DNA of 53,593 nucleotides from a virus (Duplodnaviria; Caudoviricetes): IMG/VR virus record IMGVR_UViG_3300023108_000037, positions 1 to 53,593 of that record; one strand, 5' to 3'. Shown piece by piece: positions 41,901 to 50,162 of this stretch (position 1 is its first letter; each line of letters starts with the position of its first letter). The notes under the pieces were generated by a model. It saw only the letters and a program-made list of their open reading frames with translations, ran no database searches and was not told where the DNA came from. The position numbers and the translations under genes were made by a program.

Positions 41901-44900
41901 TTCCACTGGCACCAGTGGTTCCCATACCAACAATTAATTTTGCTGGTTCCACAAAAGTATCAATTACATGAGCACCATCAAGGTTTTGAACAAACGTTGA
42001 GAGACCTGTAATTTGAACAACATCATTATCATTCAAGTCAAAATTGGGTGAAATCGAAACTTCTACTGTTTTATTATCTCTCCACTTAACAATAGCGTTT
42101 TCATAACTTGTTTCTGTAGAAGCAACACTAAGGATAGATCTTCCACCGATTTCAGATACTTCAGCAGCAAGTCCAAATCCAGTGTCAGTTTCACCAAAGT
42201 TTATAGTGTCTCCAACTGCATATCTGGCATTTCCAGTAGAAGCAACGCTGATAGATTCTACAGATCCAGATCCAACAATATCAACAACAGAATCTTGTGA
42301 GAATACTTTGTATGGTTCAATTGCAAAGTCATATGATGCACCTCTTTCACCAATCTTTTGTGGGAAAGTATTTCTGATAAGATCCGAACTGTTAAAATCA
42401 AATCTTTGGTCAATAGAAAAAGCAGGGTCTACGTTTTCAAGTATAGTTTTTGATCTATAGGAATTGCCAATGAAGAATGGGAACTGTGGATTGTTATTAG
42501 AATCAATGGTTGCATAGTATGCATAAATTCCCTCTGGGAATTCATTGGTAATTGTGAATCTACCATTGAATTCGTCAAGATCACCAACATCAGTGAATCT
42601 GTAATCTTCGACAAAGAAACCTAATGGGAATGTAGTGGAATTTGGTCTGTTAGAAATAAAATTGATATTTGCTGTATATCCAGTTCCTACTCTCTTAGTA
42701 CCACTCTGGATGTTCTCAGGATCATTATAACCGTAAGATCCATAAATTGGATTTCCATCATAAGCCCATCCAATAATTGGTGAGTGGAATGCTCCATTAT
42801 CACCAAACGCATTCCTTAGTGTAACACCATACCCAATAGCAGCATACTCAAGACCTTTCTCTGGTGTGGGTGCTACGATCTCGCCACCATTGTCATTAAT
42901 TTTGGCAAACTTATTAACACCTAAACGTCTCACAGACGCATTCAGAATTGCCCCAGAACCAACTGAATTAGCCTTAATGGTGGTTGTATCCTTATCGTAG
43001 TTTAGACCCTGTGAGAGGACGACTACAGAGGTGACTACACCCACATTATTAGTAAGTGCTCTTAGTCTAGCACCAGTGCCAGTTGTAGCAACTCCAACAG
43101 GATTAGAAGAGACTTCAAGTTCTGGTGGAGAAGTATATCCACTACCACCACTAAGAACAAACACGCTATCAATTCTGCCATTTAAGATGACTGGTCTTAC
43201 TTCAGCACCAGTTCCACTTACAACGGTAATTCCTGGTGTTCTCTCAAAGTTTAGAATCTCAGATCCATAATCAGTTCCTGGTTCATAAAGATAGGCATCA
43301 ACAATAGGACCACGAACAATTGGAGTTGCTGTGAATGTTCCCTCTTCTTGTTGTGTGGTTACAGCTTTGATTGTAACGACAATTTCTGGATATTTGAAGA
43401 TATGACTTCCAACACCGACTGTTTCGAGAGAAACAAATTTATTCCTATTAAAATTCGAAAGATCTGTTCCACCTACACCAGCATTAACAAGTCTGAACTC
43501 ATTTTCAGAAACATTCAGAACTTTATACTGAACTGTAGTTGAAAGTCCAGAAATAGCAGTATCAAAGAATTCATACTCTACAAAATCACCATTAGTAAAG
43601 TTATGATTATCAAAGACAACACTGTCATTTGCAGTGTTAATACCTGTTGACTGAACAATGAGTTTTCTATTAGAATATCCTTGTCCAGGGTTAAGAACAT
43701 TAAGCCTATCAATCTTAAGCTTCTTATCTGTAGTTCTGAACTTCATCAGTCCAGCATTATTCTCAGTTGTAATACCAATAGTGTTGATTCCTAACTGAGC
43801 ATCCAGTTTTGTATTGTGAACCTGAATAGTACGACTGTTGATAAACTTAGAAAAATAAATGTTTCCAGTTTGAAGTGTTAATCCTTGTACAGCGTCATTA
43901 TCTGTATTAGTTGCAATACCAAGTGCTGGGTTTCCTAATGCGTTGTATACAATAGGATCACCTGTTTGGAAATTGTGTTGAGTTTGGAAAGTAATAGTAT
44001 TATCAGAAGTATCAACACCACCACCTTCAGTAAGGACATTGGCATTAAAGAATACCTCTCTAAATTCAGAAGCAAGGGTTGCTGATGCAGTTGCACCATC
44101 ACCATTACCACCAGTAATCTCAACGGACAGAACTTCTTCAATATCAAAGTTTACTGGGTCAACTAAAATGTCTTCAAAAGAACCAGTAACTACAGGTTGA
44201 ACTAAAGCGGTTGTTCCTGTTGCAACTGGTGAGTCACCAACAACTACTTTTGGTGTATTTGCAACGTCATAGTTATTTCCACCATTAAAGACATTAACTC
44301 TATTGAGAGGTCCGTAAAAAACAGATTCATCAACTTTATAGTTTGAAATTTCTACACCATTAATCAACATACCAGTTGATCCTGTGGGTGTAGAATCTTT
44401 ACTGCCAGTTCTAAGATTTTGACTTAGTGGGAATTTTTTAAGTAATTTTTGTGGTTGAATTGATCCTTCTCTTTGTTCAGCAAGAATAAAATCATGAGGA
44501 CCACTATCAGTTGGATTGAATCTAACAAAAGAACCAGCTGCTAAGAATGATCTAGAAAGGGATAATTTAATTCTGTTATTATTCGGTGCTGGTTGAACCT
44601 CTACAAAATAACTGGCATTTGTCGATAATCCAGAAATAGCGGGAATTCCACTTGCTGGAGAGTATACAATTTCATCTCCAGTAAAAAATGGAACAACATC
44701 AGGAAAAGAAAGAGTGTCGTATGACAATTCATTAATGTCATAGTTTTGAATTGCCCCAGACGCTGTAGAAGCAGTAGCAATTTGAATTTCTGTTGTTACT
44801 GGTCTAATAACATAAGAAGGAAGTGAGTTTGATGCAACGTATGCAAACTCGTTATTTTCAATATATGTGTTCAACACATCAGAAGACACTACATTATCAC

Positions 44901-46554
44901 CTAAAGACAATGGTGCTCCAAGACTGGAAGATGTGTTAATTCTTTTTCTTATATCGTATGCGTCTAGTGGGTTGAGACCAGAGTAATCACCAGCACCAAG
45001 TGTGACTGCGTTGTCAGTTAGGTTTACGTTAATTACTTCTAAATTGGAAGCGGCAATTGTTTGTGATGCTCTTTCCACAACATCAACAATATCACCCAAC
45101 TTCAAACTAGATCTATCGATTGTGGCATCAAGGTTAAAAGTAGATCCACTGAAAGAAGTGACAAAATATCTTGCGGAGGTATTGTAGATCCAAGAATTGT
45201 AGAAGATTTTCTCATAAGAGTCATCTTGTTGGTCATTACTAATAACTTGACCAAGATTTTTAACAGAGATCAATGCTCCTTCTACAGCAGAGAAAATATC
45301 TTCTGTTTGTACAAATTTGTTTAAAACACCAGTCAATACAAATCTTACTGGTCTTGTAAGATCATTCTCCTCAAAAGCATAAACTTCTAGAGATTGTGTA
45401 ATCTCAGTTCTTGGATTAATACTTTCAGTTAAACCTTCACAACCAATAAATTGTGTAATTGTTTTGTCTGTGTAGGTTACAACATCGTTGCCAACAGAAA
45501 ATGATCCAGATTGTGGAAATCCAATTGTAGAGTCTACGGTAATTACGCTAGATCCTGCGGAGTGATCTCCAATCGTAAAACTGCTTCCAGGAATAACAAA
45601 CTTACCTTCAATCAGACTCTCATCATCAAAACCGATGAAAAGTGAGATTTTATAATAGGTTTGAACACCGATATCGTCTGTGGTTCCTCTTGTGAAAATT
45701 TCAACTTCTGAAATTGGTCCACTGGCAGCACCAATGCCATTAGATAGTTGAGCATCTTGGAAAAGGGTTGTTCCAGAGATTAATGCTGGATTACCACTAA
45801 TAAGTTTTGCAACTACGACTTCTCTACGAACATAGTTTGCATATGATGGTTTGGAAAGAAACTGCTCAAGGTCAATTACTTTGGAATCAATGCCAAAGAG
45901 AACCTTCATCAGAATCTTGATAGATTCTTCCGTACCTTTACTTTGATATAAACTTCTAGACTCTTTAATGAAATTATTTACATCAAGATTATCCGCAAGT
46001 GGACTATTTTCTAATCCAGGTGTATATAATCTTTTGAGTTTATTGTAAAACTCCTTAAGAAATAGCGCACTGAGGTTCTGAACACTAGTTCCAGCAGAGT
46101 GAGATTCCGCAACCGTTTCGGAAAATACTAATTCCTCTGGATCGTTAGGTGCTCTATATGAGGTAATGCCAGAAAAACCACGAACAACACCAGTAAAGGA
46201 ATTTGTAGTTACTCCAGTATATGTGATAACCTCATTACCTAATTTGATTAATCCGTATTCTTGCGGAAAACCTTTGGTGTTGGTTACAAATATTTCCGTA
46301 TCTGTCGTTGAAATACCAACAGTTACCGTGGACATTCCAGAAATGACATCTGGAGTCAGTGTTTCTAGTCTGAGGTATTTGTCAATATTTTCACCGAGAT
46401 CTACTGGACCACCAGCAAATTCTTGCGATGTATAGTAGGTTTGTAAAAAATCCACTACAAGCGGATTTTCATCTTTAATAAACTCAGGGAGTTGACTGTT
46501 TACAACATCCTGAATTTTAACTCTGGTATCAAAGACAGAATTCGTGTTTATCAT
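32986..46554 (-). CDS. gp7: Giant baseplate wedge initiator gp7-like protein
   Basis: 4522 aa between gp6 and gp8; QLPEFI, Y.SKGT..S...L...LFG, HSPIIGWAYDGNPIYG, DNDYYQ..SY, VHPAG motifs. Confidence 0.9.
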   Translation of the reverse strand: MINTNSVFDTRVKIQDVVNSQLPEFIKDENPLVVDFLQTYYTSQEFAGGPVDLGENIDKYLRLETLTPDVISGMSTVTVGISTTDTEIFVTNTKGFPQEYGLIKLGNEVITYTGVTTNSFTGVVRGFSGITSYRAPNDPEELVFSETVAESHSAGTSVQNLSALFLKEFYNKLKRLYTPGLENSPLADNLDVNNFIKESRSLYQSKGTEESIKILMKVLFGIDSKVIDLEQFLSKPSYANYVRREVVVAKLISGNPALISGTTLFQDAQLSNGIGAASGPISEVEIFTRGTTDDIGVQTYYKISLFIGFDDESLIEGKFVIPGSSFTIGDHSAGSSVITVDSTIGFPQSGSFSVGNDVVTYTDKTITQFIGCEGLTESINPRTEITQSLEVYAFEENDLTRPVRFVLTGVLNKFVQTEDIFSAVEGALISVKNLGQVISNDQQDDSYEKIFYNSWIYNTSARYFVTSFSGSTFNLDATIDRSSLKLGDIVDVVERASQTIAASNLEVINVNLTDNAVTLGAGDYSGLNPLDAYDIRKRINTSSSLGAPLSLGDNVVSSDVLNTYIENNEFAYVASNSLPSYVIRPVTTEIQIATASTASGAIQNYDINELSYDTLSFPDVVPFFTGDEIVYSPASGIPAISGLSTNASYFVEVQPAPNNNRIKLSLSRSFLAAGSFVRFNPTDSGPHDFILAEQREGSIQPQKLLKKFPLSQNLRTGSKDSTPTGSTGMLINGVEISNYKVDESVFYGPLNRVNVFNGGNNYDVANTPKVVVGDSPVATGTTALVQPVVTGSFEDILVDPVNFDIEEVLSVEITGGNGDGATASATLASEFREVFFNANVLTEGGGVDTSDNTITFQTQHNFQTGDPIVYNALGNPALGIATNTDNDAVQGLTLQTGNIYFSKFINSRTIQVHNTKLDAQLGINTIGITTENNAGLMKFRTTDKKLKIDRLNVLNPGQGYSNRKLIVQSTGINTANDSVVFDNHNFTNGDFVEYEFFDTAISGLSTTVQYKVLNVSENEFRLVNAGVGGTDLSNFNRNKFVSLETVGVGSHIFKYPEIVVTIKAVTTQQEEGTFTATPIVRGPIVDAYLYEPGTDYGSEILNFERTPGITVVSGTGAEVRPVILNGRIDSVFVLSGGSGYTSPPELEVSSNPVGVATTGTGARLRALTNNVGVVTSVVVLSQGLNYDKDTTTIKANSVGSGAILNASVRRLGVNKFAKINDNGGEIVAPTPEKGLEYAAIGYGVTLRNAFGDNGAFHSPIIGWAYDGNPIYGSYGYNDPENIQSGTKRVGTGYTANINFISNRPNSTTFPLGFFVEDYRFTDVGDLDEFNGRFTITNEFPEGIYAYYATIDSNNNPQFPFFIGNSYRSKTILENVDPAFSIDQRFDFNSSDLIRNTFPQKIGERGASYDFAIEPYKVFSQDSVVDIVGSGSVESISVASTGNARYAVGDTINFGETDTGFGLAAEVSEIGGRSILSVASTETSYENAIVKWRDNKTVEVSISPNFDLNDNDVVQITGLSTFVQNLDGAHVIDTFVEPAKLIVGMGTTGASGMTTDITVTNVPISVGSSVKLSNETFGILNVFSGDGIIRVQRFPSETASGGVGHTAGETVTYPPQRFHISVETPYFESKEQDTVNFNPFEAVGIGITAGFTTSRSYRFNNRIETRTIPTQNIFLENHPFQTNQPITFSVGLGTTSIGVSTSPTGTVFYLPDLVYAVKNSKDTIGLATVLNGDQVFFRDVSYTNLYDYQFASRFEQITADVKKITATVSTGETHGLADNDIIKLSVKSGLSTGVGAASTVVFKIAEEKILVNPVAISSAGVNTSTNIITLSDHDYTTGVKVYYESSEVIGGLSTGSYYVFAIDKDNFRLTETRLDAISSPPTFVSLTSVGGTSQTLSLVNPPIEIFRNNDVVFNLEDPTLSGYNLQVYYDDEYQNPVVSTGKTTNFLVSTFGTNGTAGAGATIGFSTNFPSILYYNFDKGGFISTSDKDVNAYNQLKYSNSKFSGTYKVTGVTSTTFNVNLTQVPEKITYNLSESDSLEYTTTSTTATGSIANVKLVFGGLKYETVPSISSITSAEGVDSILRLNSSTIGKLEDVRLLTPGFSYPSDKTLTPTANVPNELSVTNFQTIDTIIVESGGKNYLTPPGLVLYDSSTGDVVTDFQGSTELSGSAVSPTTLVDGEETAGVRIDRNPVGLKDDVVYGAATVGNDNGISIVSVASSTDNQVTLSISTPILGFTTAPFRSGDKIFVEGIGLASTDGQGHNSSDYGYQYFTVSSYNASVNPNQLSYDLSSFVTTNTGIAVTNPGLFSNVVKEDDLPEFKVIKKNSLFEPGEILFLNGVEVIGSTNLTVSSFNALTGKLNINGTTPIQSGDTLTGAVSGAKCTISNISTKVGRFEIDSTSKFIKGWSDDIGKLSEDYQVTGDNDYYQRMSYSIQSEKAFNDIISFVNDNVHPAGYRNFADTQISPKGNVGLSFTTAQEDPFLVLDIYDGAKRVDTINDFDFALDVDATENTSKSIELLNVPITDFILNKSNRVVTIDDISSQFLNEDADELLEFKDVAIFGDGRKTNKFLTQIVDVTNDAEMSLKEIVLINNNEDTFLFEKVGLGDSIGELDGFFDEDTNQYSLRFTPVEKFNTDYEVKLLQTFFDNDISGLGSQSIGFVDVIAKTQNVSAGVGTTVLGFSTSVTDTFYTSVEIFDEFEQDVDYTELILTHDGTDTYLSELAAFNNRVGLNGLSGPFIGSFTSSIDSGVVSLIYNNNGSNEVRVRTQTIGIGTTAAGIGTYRFKFTGTEDGTERTGRFESDFAEVTGGTPTVITGINSITDGGMKATVRVSIGDTQAIHQVYILNDEKDRKNLYVLSYPFLSVNDNNGIGTFSADYSNDGVDLKFHPDYSGDILVQSFSEILNRDLDNNGDATGIGDLIYGNVNQNVSQSVYYGINQREILEFDAKFNGVDIFAKTFNPTQAGVVSTTTGIFTLDHFFSTAEPLDYVAGSNLIGVAGTGMVYYTGVGATERLPDTVYAIRDNQAQFRVAISSANALSGTAVTFAALGAGNKHVFAMQKRAEKALITLDGIVQSPLSKTPLSEQIMHDVGAGTTIIQLSGISSIRPADLLKVDNELMKVSVVGLGTTIAAGVGAIGTLPIVQVERGFVGSSVTAHSQFGAVSVFRGAFDIVDSKIHFTEAPMGAGREDLDSRGLTIPRSNFNGRVYLRKDYGTNLIFDDISDKFDGVTADFTLTSDGNNVTGIGSTGGNGLVFINGVFQAPSTPNNTENNFAITEVSGISSVIFTGITSVGGDQIVDPSDINLNQLPRGGVPISFGSTNGLGYAPLRKAVAEPTVTLGQITNIAGVPTTGVFSAISDAEYDNATGILTVTTSSDHELNTGDKIELKSLTFACPADGPFTNVYQFPSEIGVNFKISSFDYDNLTGIATVGLTSAHNFRVGRLVDLANIGMACSTPHTGITNSIFPDGSSGRKAVGVNTNRYPILGIGGTNTFVIDVGVSTITHVYAGAGATAGDAYEVKPYGPYYANRILSSNKFETQVGVVTFAHTYQSGGTFAKWTIADFGSGYSTVTAPAIAVTESGHTGTPAEITATVGAGGTLAFNIVAAGSGYTNPTINIQEPSYDNLVIEGVSRLATGATTITGIGMSVTIGVLGINTVYNSKPITNFVYDEILGLSTVSVAGHGFTTGDVIKVSNVEFEPYAPVGDAGDFFPGYSTSNYIVLSVIDDGNFTINIGAATTQVKYNYIGAGGVVRTGIGATLFEVQKFEITKPGYSFRRGDRVRVVGMTTDPLAGDDFQEFEIEVVDTFEDAFSSWQFGELDYIDSVKPFQDGTRSRFPLAYNDQLISFEVDKQDADSALIDLNSLLLVFINGIIQEPGEAYDFEGGTSITFVEPPAPEDNVSIFFYRGKVGVDSFLQATTETVKPGDDVQLRRSPRIELNEISRTFDNLSQETNRAIVGITSASEIETSLYRGDGVSTTEPKLLAWTKQKVDKVLGGEFVSKARDSIEAQIYPTAKLLKSVERDTTTFFVEDTSLFLGVDPSGDPDSNFGGLLVAGIPTSGIGSTTTVDTERVSGILDTNVTGYAGVVTGITTAYARLEEFYPFDAEKLIYRKGISLVDGSKNDLQAIFLKPDGTRMYVADQNTLTITEWQLATPFEIDTATVNNSNQLGISTQVQNIYDLYFRDDGTKLFTLGRGAQAPFVTQFNEFSLSSAWDLTSDTQAGVETSTTIANQTQNHRGLQVVDTGSAIITISPNSSALYKYDMASAFDITSVSFASSQALTDDDAATTDFVMSVAGDKMIVLGGDSEKIIEYDLSTPYDVTTVGVATTSTLSVGAGATVSMTAKPDGERAYVLNLSGVGSQYHFSIPPAGLGLTFELDLRDVPTLAERQQLVQGYRVLVFDTGVGTGLTTLVGSATSVGIGTTNIIGISTDKLDNIYEAYYTQFSGTVGILTCQVDPDTNTVGVATTGTYLEPAGKIVWGRISNITRSDDPIEIAVDGNSFEVGMTTYPTIQRRDAGLRSTGALSRK

Positions 46555-48458
46555 TTCCTACTTAATTGTCCGTTGGTATAACTGGATGCTACAGGGAACC
46601 CTACTCCTGAAATTTGTTCACCCGATGAAATGGTGTCCCTTGCCATATTTATGGTACTATTTGAGATATCCAGTTGCAAATACAGGTCTTTCAGACCAAT
46701 AACATCATTGGATTCTGGAACTGCCTGAATTTCAATAATTCCGTCAGATTTAACTGTTGATGTTATATTAACTGTGTTGATTAATATTTCACCTTTTACA
46801 TAATCAATGGTTCCAGCGGCAGGAACAACCACAATTGGACCAGCATCAGATTCTTTTACAATTGCAATAGCACCTTTTAGTTTATCTGCGTTTGGAACGT
46901 CAGTAAAGTACAAAAGATCGGAAGATCCTTGAACTGTGAATCCTGTACTTTTAATATTGAATCCTTCACTAACAACATGGAACTCATTTCCATAGCAAAG
47001 TTCATATTGCGTGAATGAATTAAGAATAGATCTCAAATTACGTCTAATAATCACTCTCGTGATGTTAGAAGTAATAGCTTCATTAGTATTATCAATAATT
47101 TTTACAGTTTTACTATATTTGAACCTACCACCAAATTTGTTTAAGTCAATAGAGTCTGCATAAGTGTTCAAACTCGATGTAACATCACTTTGAAGTTGAT
47201 TTACGTCAGAAACTTGAGCAGCATTGAAAAATACCGTGGATTGCAGTTCAATAAACAGAAGTTTCAGATCCTCAATTCTTTGATTAACACCAGCAACGGA
47301 AAAATCCTTCAATTTGCTCAAAATTTGACTTTTTGTGAAGTCAGATAAGAATGTTCCGTTTTTAGGTTTGATACTCAGTACAACAGTCCCAAATTCTGGG
47401 GGATCTAACTCTTCACCACCAACAACAGAGACAGATTCTGTATCTGGGTAAATTCTTTGGACAATAGCTTCATAATCTTTTGCAGTTACCGCTCTATATT
47501 GAGAAGAGTACAGTCTTGGTGCATAATATTTTACAGAGTCAATAGATTCAATATCAGAACCATTAACTGCAGACTGATTCGTCGTTACAGATACTGTATT
47601 CGTTGGTAAAAACGTAGCTCCAATGCTATTTGTTACTGTTCCAGTATATGAGAAGTTTGTAGGTCCATTTCCTGAAGACCCATCAGTTACAATATAAGAA
47701 ACTTCAATAATAGAACCATCTTCTAACTTTTTGCCAAAAATACCATCACCAAAAAGTAATTCATATCGTTCATCTGAAATTTCTTGAATAAGATAGATCT
47801 CAGAGATGGATGTAACGTCAATAATATTTTCTACTTGCTTATATTCACGACCAACGGTGTCCTGAGGACCTCTTACAGTCACTCTGATGGAACTTGTATC
47901 GATTCCTGGGTTATCTAAGATAAATCTCTGATTGACTGATGCATTGACCTGAAACTGCTTTGTAAGCAGTGTACCCTGGTAGACATCTATTGAACTAAAC
48001 GATGCCCTTCTAGGTCCATTTCCGTTGGTGTCAGCCCCTGTTAATACACTAGTTGTGGTGATGTCCTCAGGAATCGAAAATATGACTGAACTATTGTCTG
48101 CAGAACCAACAGCGACCAAACCTTTTTCAAGAGTTACAGTGGGACTAGTTCCTGTATACTCAATGTCAAAACTTACCTGTGCCTGTGCAGATTTTCTTGA
48201 TCTAGGAACATATCCAATGTTTCTAGCAAGAGAAACTACGTTTTCTCTCAACGTAGCGGAGTCAATGAACGACTCATTCACCACCATATTGGTGTTGAAC
48301 GCTGTAATGTAAGTATTATATGCTAAAGTGTCGATAAGAACAGCAAAGTTCGACCCTTCAAAGTCAAAATCGGTAAAATTCGAGTTCGCTCTCAAATAAG
48401 ACTTAATAGAAGCCTTAATTTGATCAAAATCTAAGTTTGTAAACTTGGTTAGTGGCAT
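46551..48458 (-). CDS. gp6: Baseplate wedge subunit gp6
   Basis: 635 aa; LDFDQIK, FTDFDFEGSN, LAYNTY, LARNIGY.PRS, FGDGIFG, RAVT..DY motifs. Confidence 0.97.
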   Translation of the reverse strand: MPLTKFTNLDFDQIKASIKSYLRANSNFTDFDFEGSNFAVLIDTLAYNTYITAFNTNMVVNESFIDSATLRENVVSLARNIGYVPRSRKSAQAQVSFDIEYTGTSPTVTLEKGLVAVGSADNSSVIFSIPEDITTTSVLTGADTNGNGPRRASFSSIDVYQGTLLTKQFQVNASVNQRFILDNPGIDTSSIRVTVRGPQDTVGREYKQVENIIDVTSISEIYLIQEISDERYELLFGDGIFGKKLEDGSIIEVSYIVTDGSSGNGPTNFSYTGTVTNSIGATFLPTNTVSVTTNQSAVNGSDIESIDSVKYYAPRLYSSQYRAVTAKDYEAIVQRIYPDTESVSVVGGEELDPPEFGTVVLSIKPKNGTFLSDFTKSQILSKLKDFSVAGVNQRIEDLKLLFIELQSTVFFNAAQVSDVNQLQSDVTSSLNTYADSIDLNKFGGRFKYSKTVKIIDNTNEAITSNITRVIIRRNLRSILNSFTQYELCYGNEFHVVSEGFNIKSTGFTVQGSSDLLYFTDVPNADKLKGAIAIVKESDAGPIVVVPAAGTIDYVKGEILINTVNITSTVKSDGIIEIQAVPESNDVIGLKDLYLQLDISNSTINMARDTISSGEQISGVGFPVASSYTNGQLSRK

Positions 48459-48860
48459 TTATCTCGTAACCTCAAGTAAGAAGGATACATTTTGCGGTGG
48501 TAAATCTTGTCCAACAATGTCAAAAAAGACATTTACTTCAAAACTATTGTCGTCTGGTCTTGGAAACACCTCAACATTCAAATTTGCGGCTCTTGCTTCA
48601 TAATTTAAGATGGTTTCTTCAATTTGATCTGCTATTACAGCCGCAGTACCATAATCACAAAACCCAAATAGCGTATCTCTAACGTCAGAACCCAAATCTG
48701 GGTTAAAAAATCGCTCAGTTGGAATAGTTTCTACTAAATTACGCACAGAGCGTGCGATTGCACGCTCATTTGTAAGCACAGGAAGGTCTTTTGTGATTGG
48801 GTGTGGTGCAAAAGACAAAGAAATGTCCTTAAATGCCCTAGATGTGCGATTTAGTGCCAT
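48459..48860 (-). CDS. gp25: Baseplate wedge subunit gp25
   Basis: 133 aa; FKDISLSF..HP.T.D, AI..SVRNLV.T...ER.F motifs. Confidence 0.95.
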   Translation of the reverse strand: MALNRTSRAFKDISLSFAPHPITKDLPVLTNERAIARSVRNLVETIPTERFFNPDLGSDVRDTLFGFCDYGTAAVIADQIEETILNYEARAANLNVEVFPRPDDNSFEVNVFFDIVGQDLPPQNVSFLLEVTR

Positions 48861-48887
48861 GAAAAGGCATAATTTTAGATTATGAAC

Positions 48888-49085
48888 CTATTTATCAGGT
48901 TTTCCATAAGTTGGTTCGGTTCCATATTCCCAATCATCGTAATCTTCGTCATTACGAATCTCTTCATGAAGCACAGTTTGACGCTTCATGTCATTAATAT
49001 GGTCTCCAACGACTTCTCTCAACATTTTTTCATGCATTCGAGCACCTAAATTGTCCAAAAAGTCGCTTTCTGGTAAATTTTGCAT
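48888..49085 (-). CDS. Hypothetical protein, 65 aa
   Basis: ORF with GAGG SD and acidic C-terminus DYDDWEYGTEP. Confidence 0.7.
   Translation of the reverse strand: MQNLPESDFLDNLGARMHEKMLREVVGDHINDMKRQTVLHEEIRNDEDYDDWEYGTEPTYGKPDK
48889..48895 (-). promoter_or_regulatory. Late promoter for gp25-gp6-gp7
   Basis: ATAAATA ~29 nt upstream of the gp25 ATG. Confidence 0.7.
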
Positions 49086-49143
49086 GGGAGAATCCTCTCT
49101 GTAAGTCCGTTAGAACTTTTAGAGGGGTTGCTATCCCTTATTT

Positions 49144-49812
49144 TTATTTATTTTCCTCTTCTTGATCACTTTCTTCAGGTGTTTTCCAGAAATATTCATC
49201 CGTATCACCCAGTCTAGCCCATTTTAGACCAATTTCAGTCCTATAAAACTTAGTAGAAATTTTAAAATCAGGAGTTTTTGGTGATTCTGGAGTCCTAGAT
49301 GGACTATACAGTCTCATTCTATTATTGGGATATAGAACGAACTGACCGTTTTCTAGTAGTAGACAATTGTGAGACTTATGTTCTTCAGGCATTTCACTAG
49401 TTCCACAATCAATTTTATCATTGTATGGATGATAGTTATCTAAACTGAATAGATATTCTCCTTTCAAATGTCCAAAGTCACGAGTTCGTACTTCAAAATC
49501 CAATTCTCCAATATGTTGTTTCTTTATACAAATAACACCATAACTCATACAATCCCAAAATTGGAGATTTGTAAGATCTAAATCAGGCTCTGGAGTTTTT
49601 GGAGACGAGACAAATGCAGAAATTGGTAATTTATCATATAGTGCCCCATATTCAGGCAAATATGTCTCAAAATAAAAAGAGCGTCCAGGTAAGGACTTTG
49701 CAGTCACCCAGACGCCTTCTACAAACTCGCCATGACCGTCCTGAAGGTCTCTCAGGTATTCTTTACGAACCCAGACTTTTTGTGGAGGGAGATTAGCAAT
49801 CAAACATGCCAT
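49144..49812 (-). CDS. Conserved-type cyanophage hypothetical protein, 222 aa
   Basis: NLP...VWVRKEYL.D...GHGEF, GA.YDKLP.SAF, NGQF..YPNNR motifs. Confidence 0.85.
   Translation of the reverse strand: MACLIANLPPQKVWVRKEYLRDLQDGHGEFVEGVWVTAKSLPGRSFYFETYLPEYGALYDKLPISAFVSSPKTPEPDLDLTNLQFWDCMSYGVICIKKQHIGELDFEVRTRDFGHLKGEYLFSLDNYHPYNDKIDCGTSEMPEEHKSHNCLLLENGQFVLYPNNRMRLYSPSRTPESPKTPDFKISTKFYRTEIGLKWARLGDTDEYFWKTPEESDQEEENK
49145..49151 (-). promoter_or_regulatory. Late promoter
   Basis: ATAAATA overlapping the stop of the 222-aa gene. Confidence 0.65.
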
Positions 49813-49840
49813 GGTGATTTTACATTACTACATGTATGTA

Positions 49841-49993
49841 TTACCCCCTACCTTGTCCCCGATACCTCTTACGAGCCGAGTTACGAGACGTTGCTGAGAG
49901 TTTGGTATTCTTTGATTTACCCTGACGAGTTGTTTTGGGTTTACCTGGTTCAAAGTTAAGACCAGAAATACCGACTTTACTGCGTACTGCCAT
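49841..49993 (-). CDS. 50-aa very basic peptide (not in ORF track)
   Basis: Manual translation MAVRSKVGISGLNFEPGKPKTTRQGKSKNTKLSATSRNSARKRYRGQGRG; SD GAGG upstream; fills the gap between two ORFs. Confidence 0.8.
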   Translation of the reverse strand: MAVRSKVGISGLNFEPGKPKTTRQGKSKNTKLSATSRNSARKRYRGQGRG

Positions 49994-50162
49994 TGACCTC
50001 AATAGTTTCAAATGTAATTTCGGAGGGGTCTGGTCTACCAGTGCTGTAATAAGACTGTGCCAGACCCTCCATTTCGTCGAAGAACTGTTCTTCTGTCAGA
50101 TTGCTGACGAGCACCGAACCCTGACAGATGATATTATACAACGTCTTGGGTCGGTTTGTCAT
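49977..50162 (-). CDS. Hypothetical protein, 61 aa
   Basis: TGATG-coupled to the upstream gene; L.EE.FFD.M..LAQ.YY.TG.P motif. Confidence 0.75.
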   Translation of the reverse strand: MTNRPKTLYNIICQGSVLVSNLTEEQFFDEMEGLAQSYYSTGRPDPSEITFETIEVNGSTQ

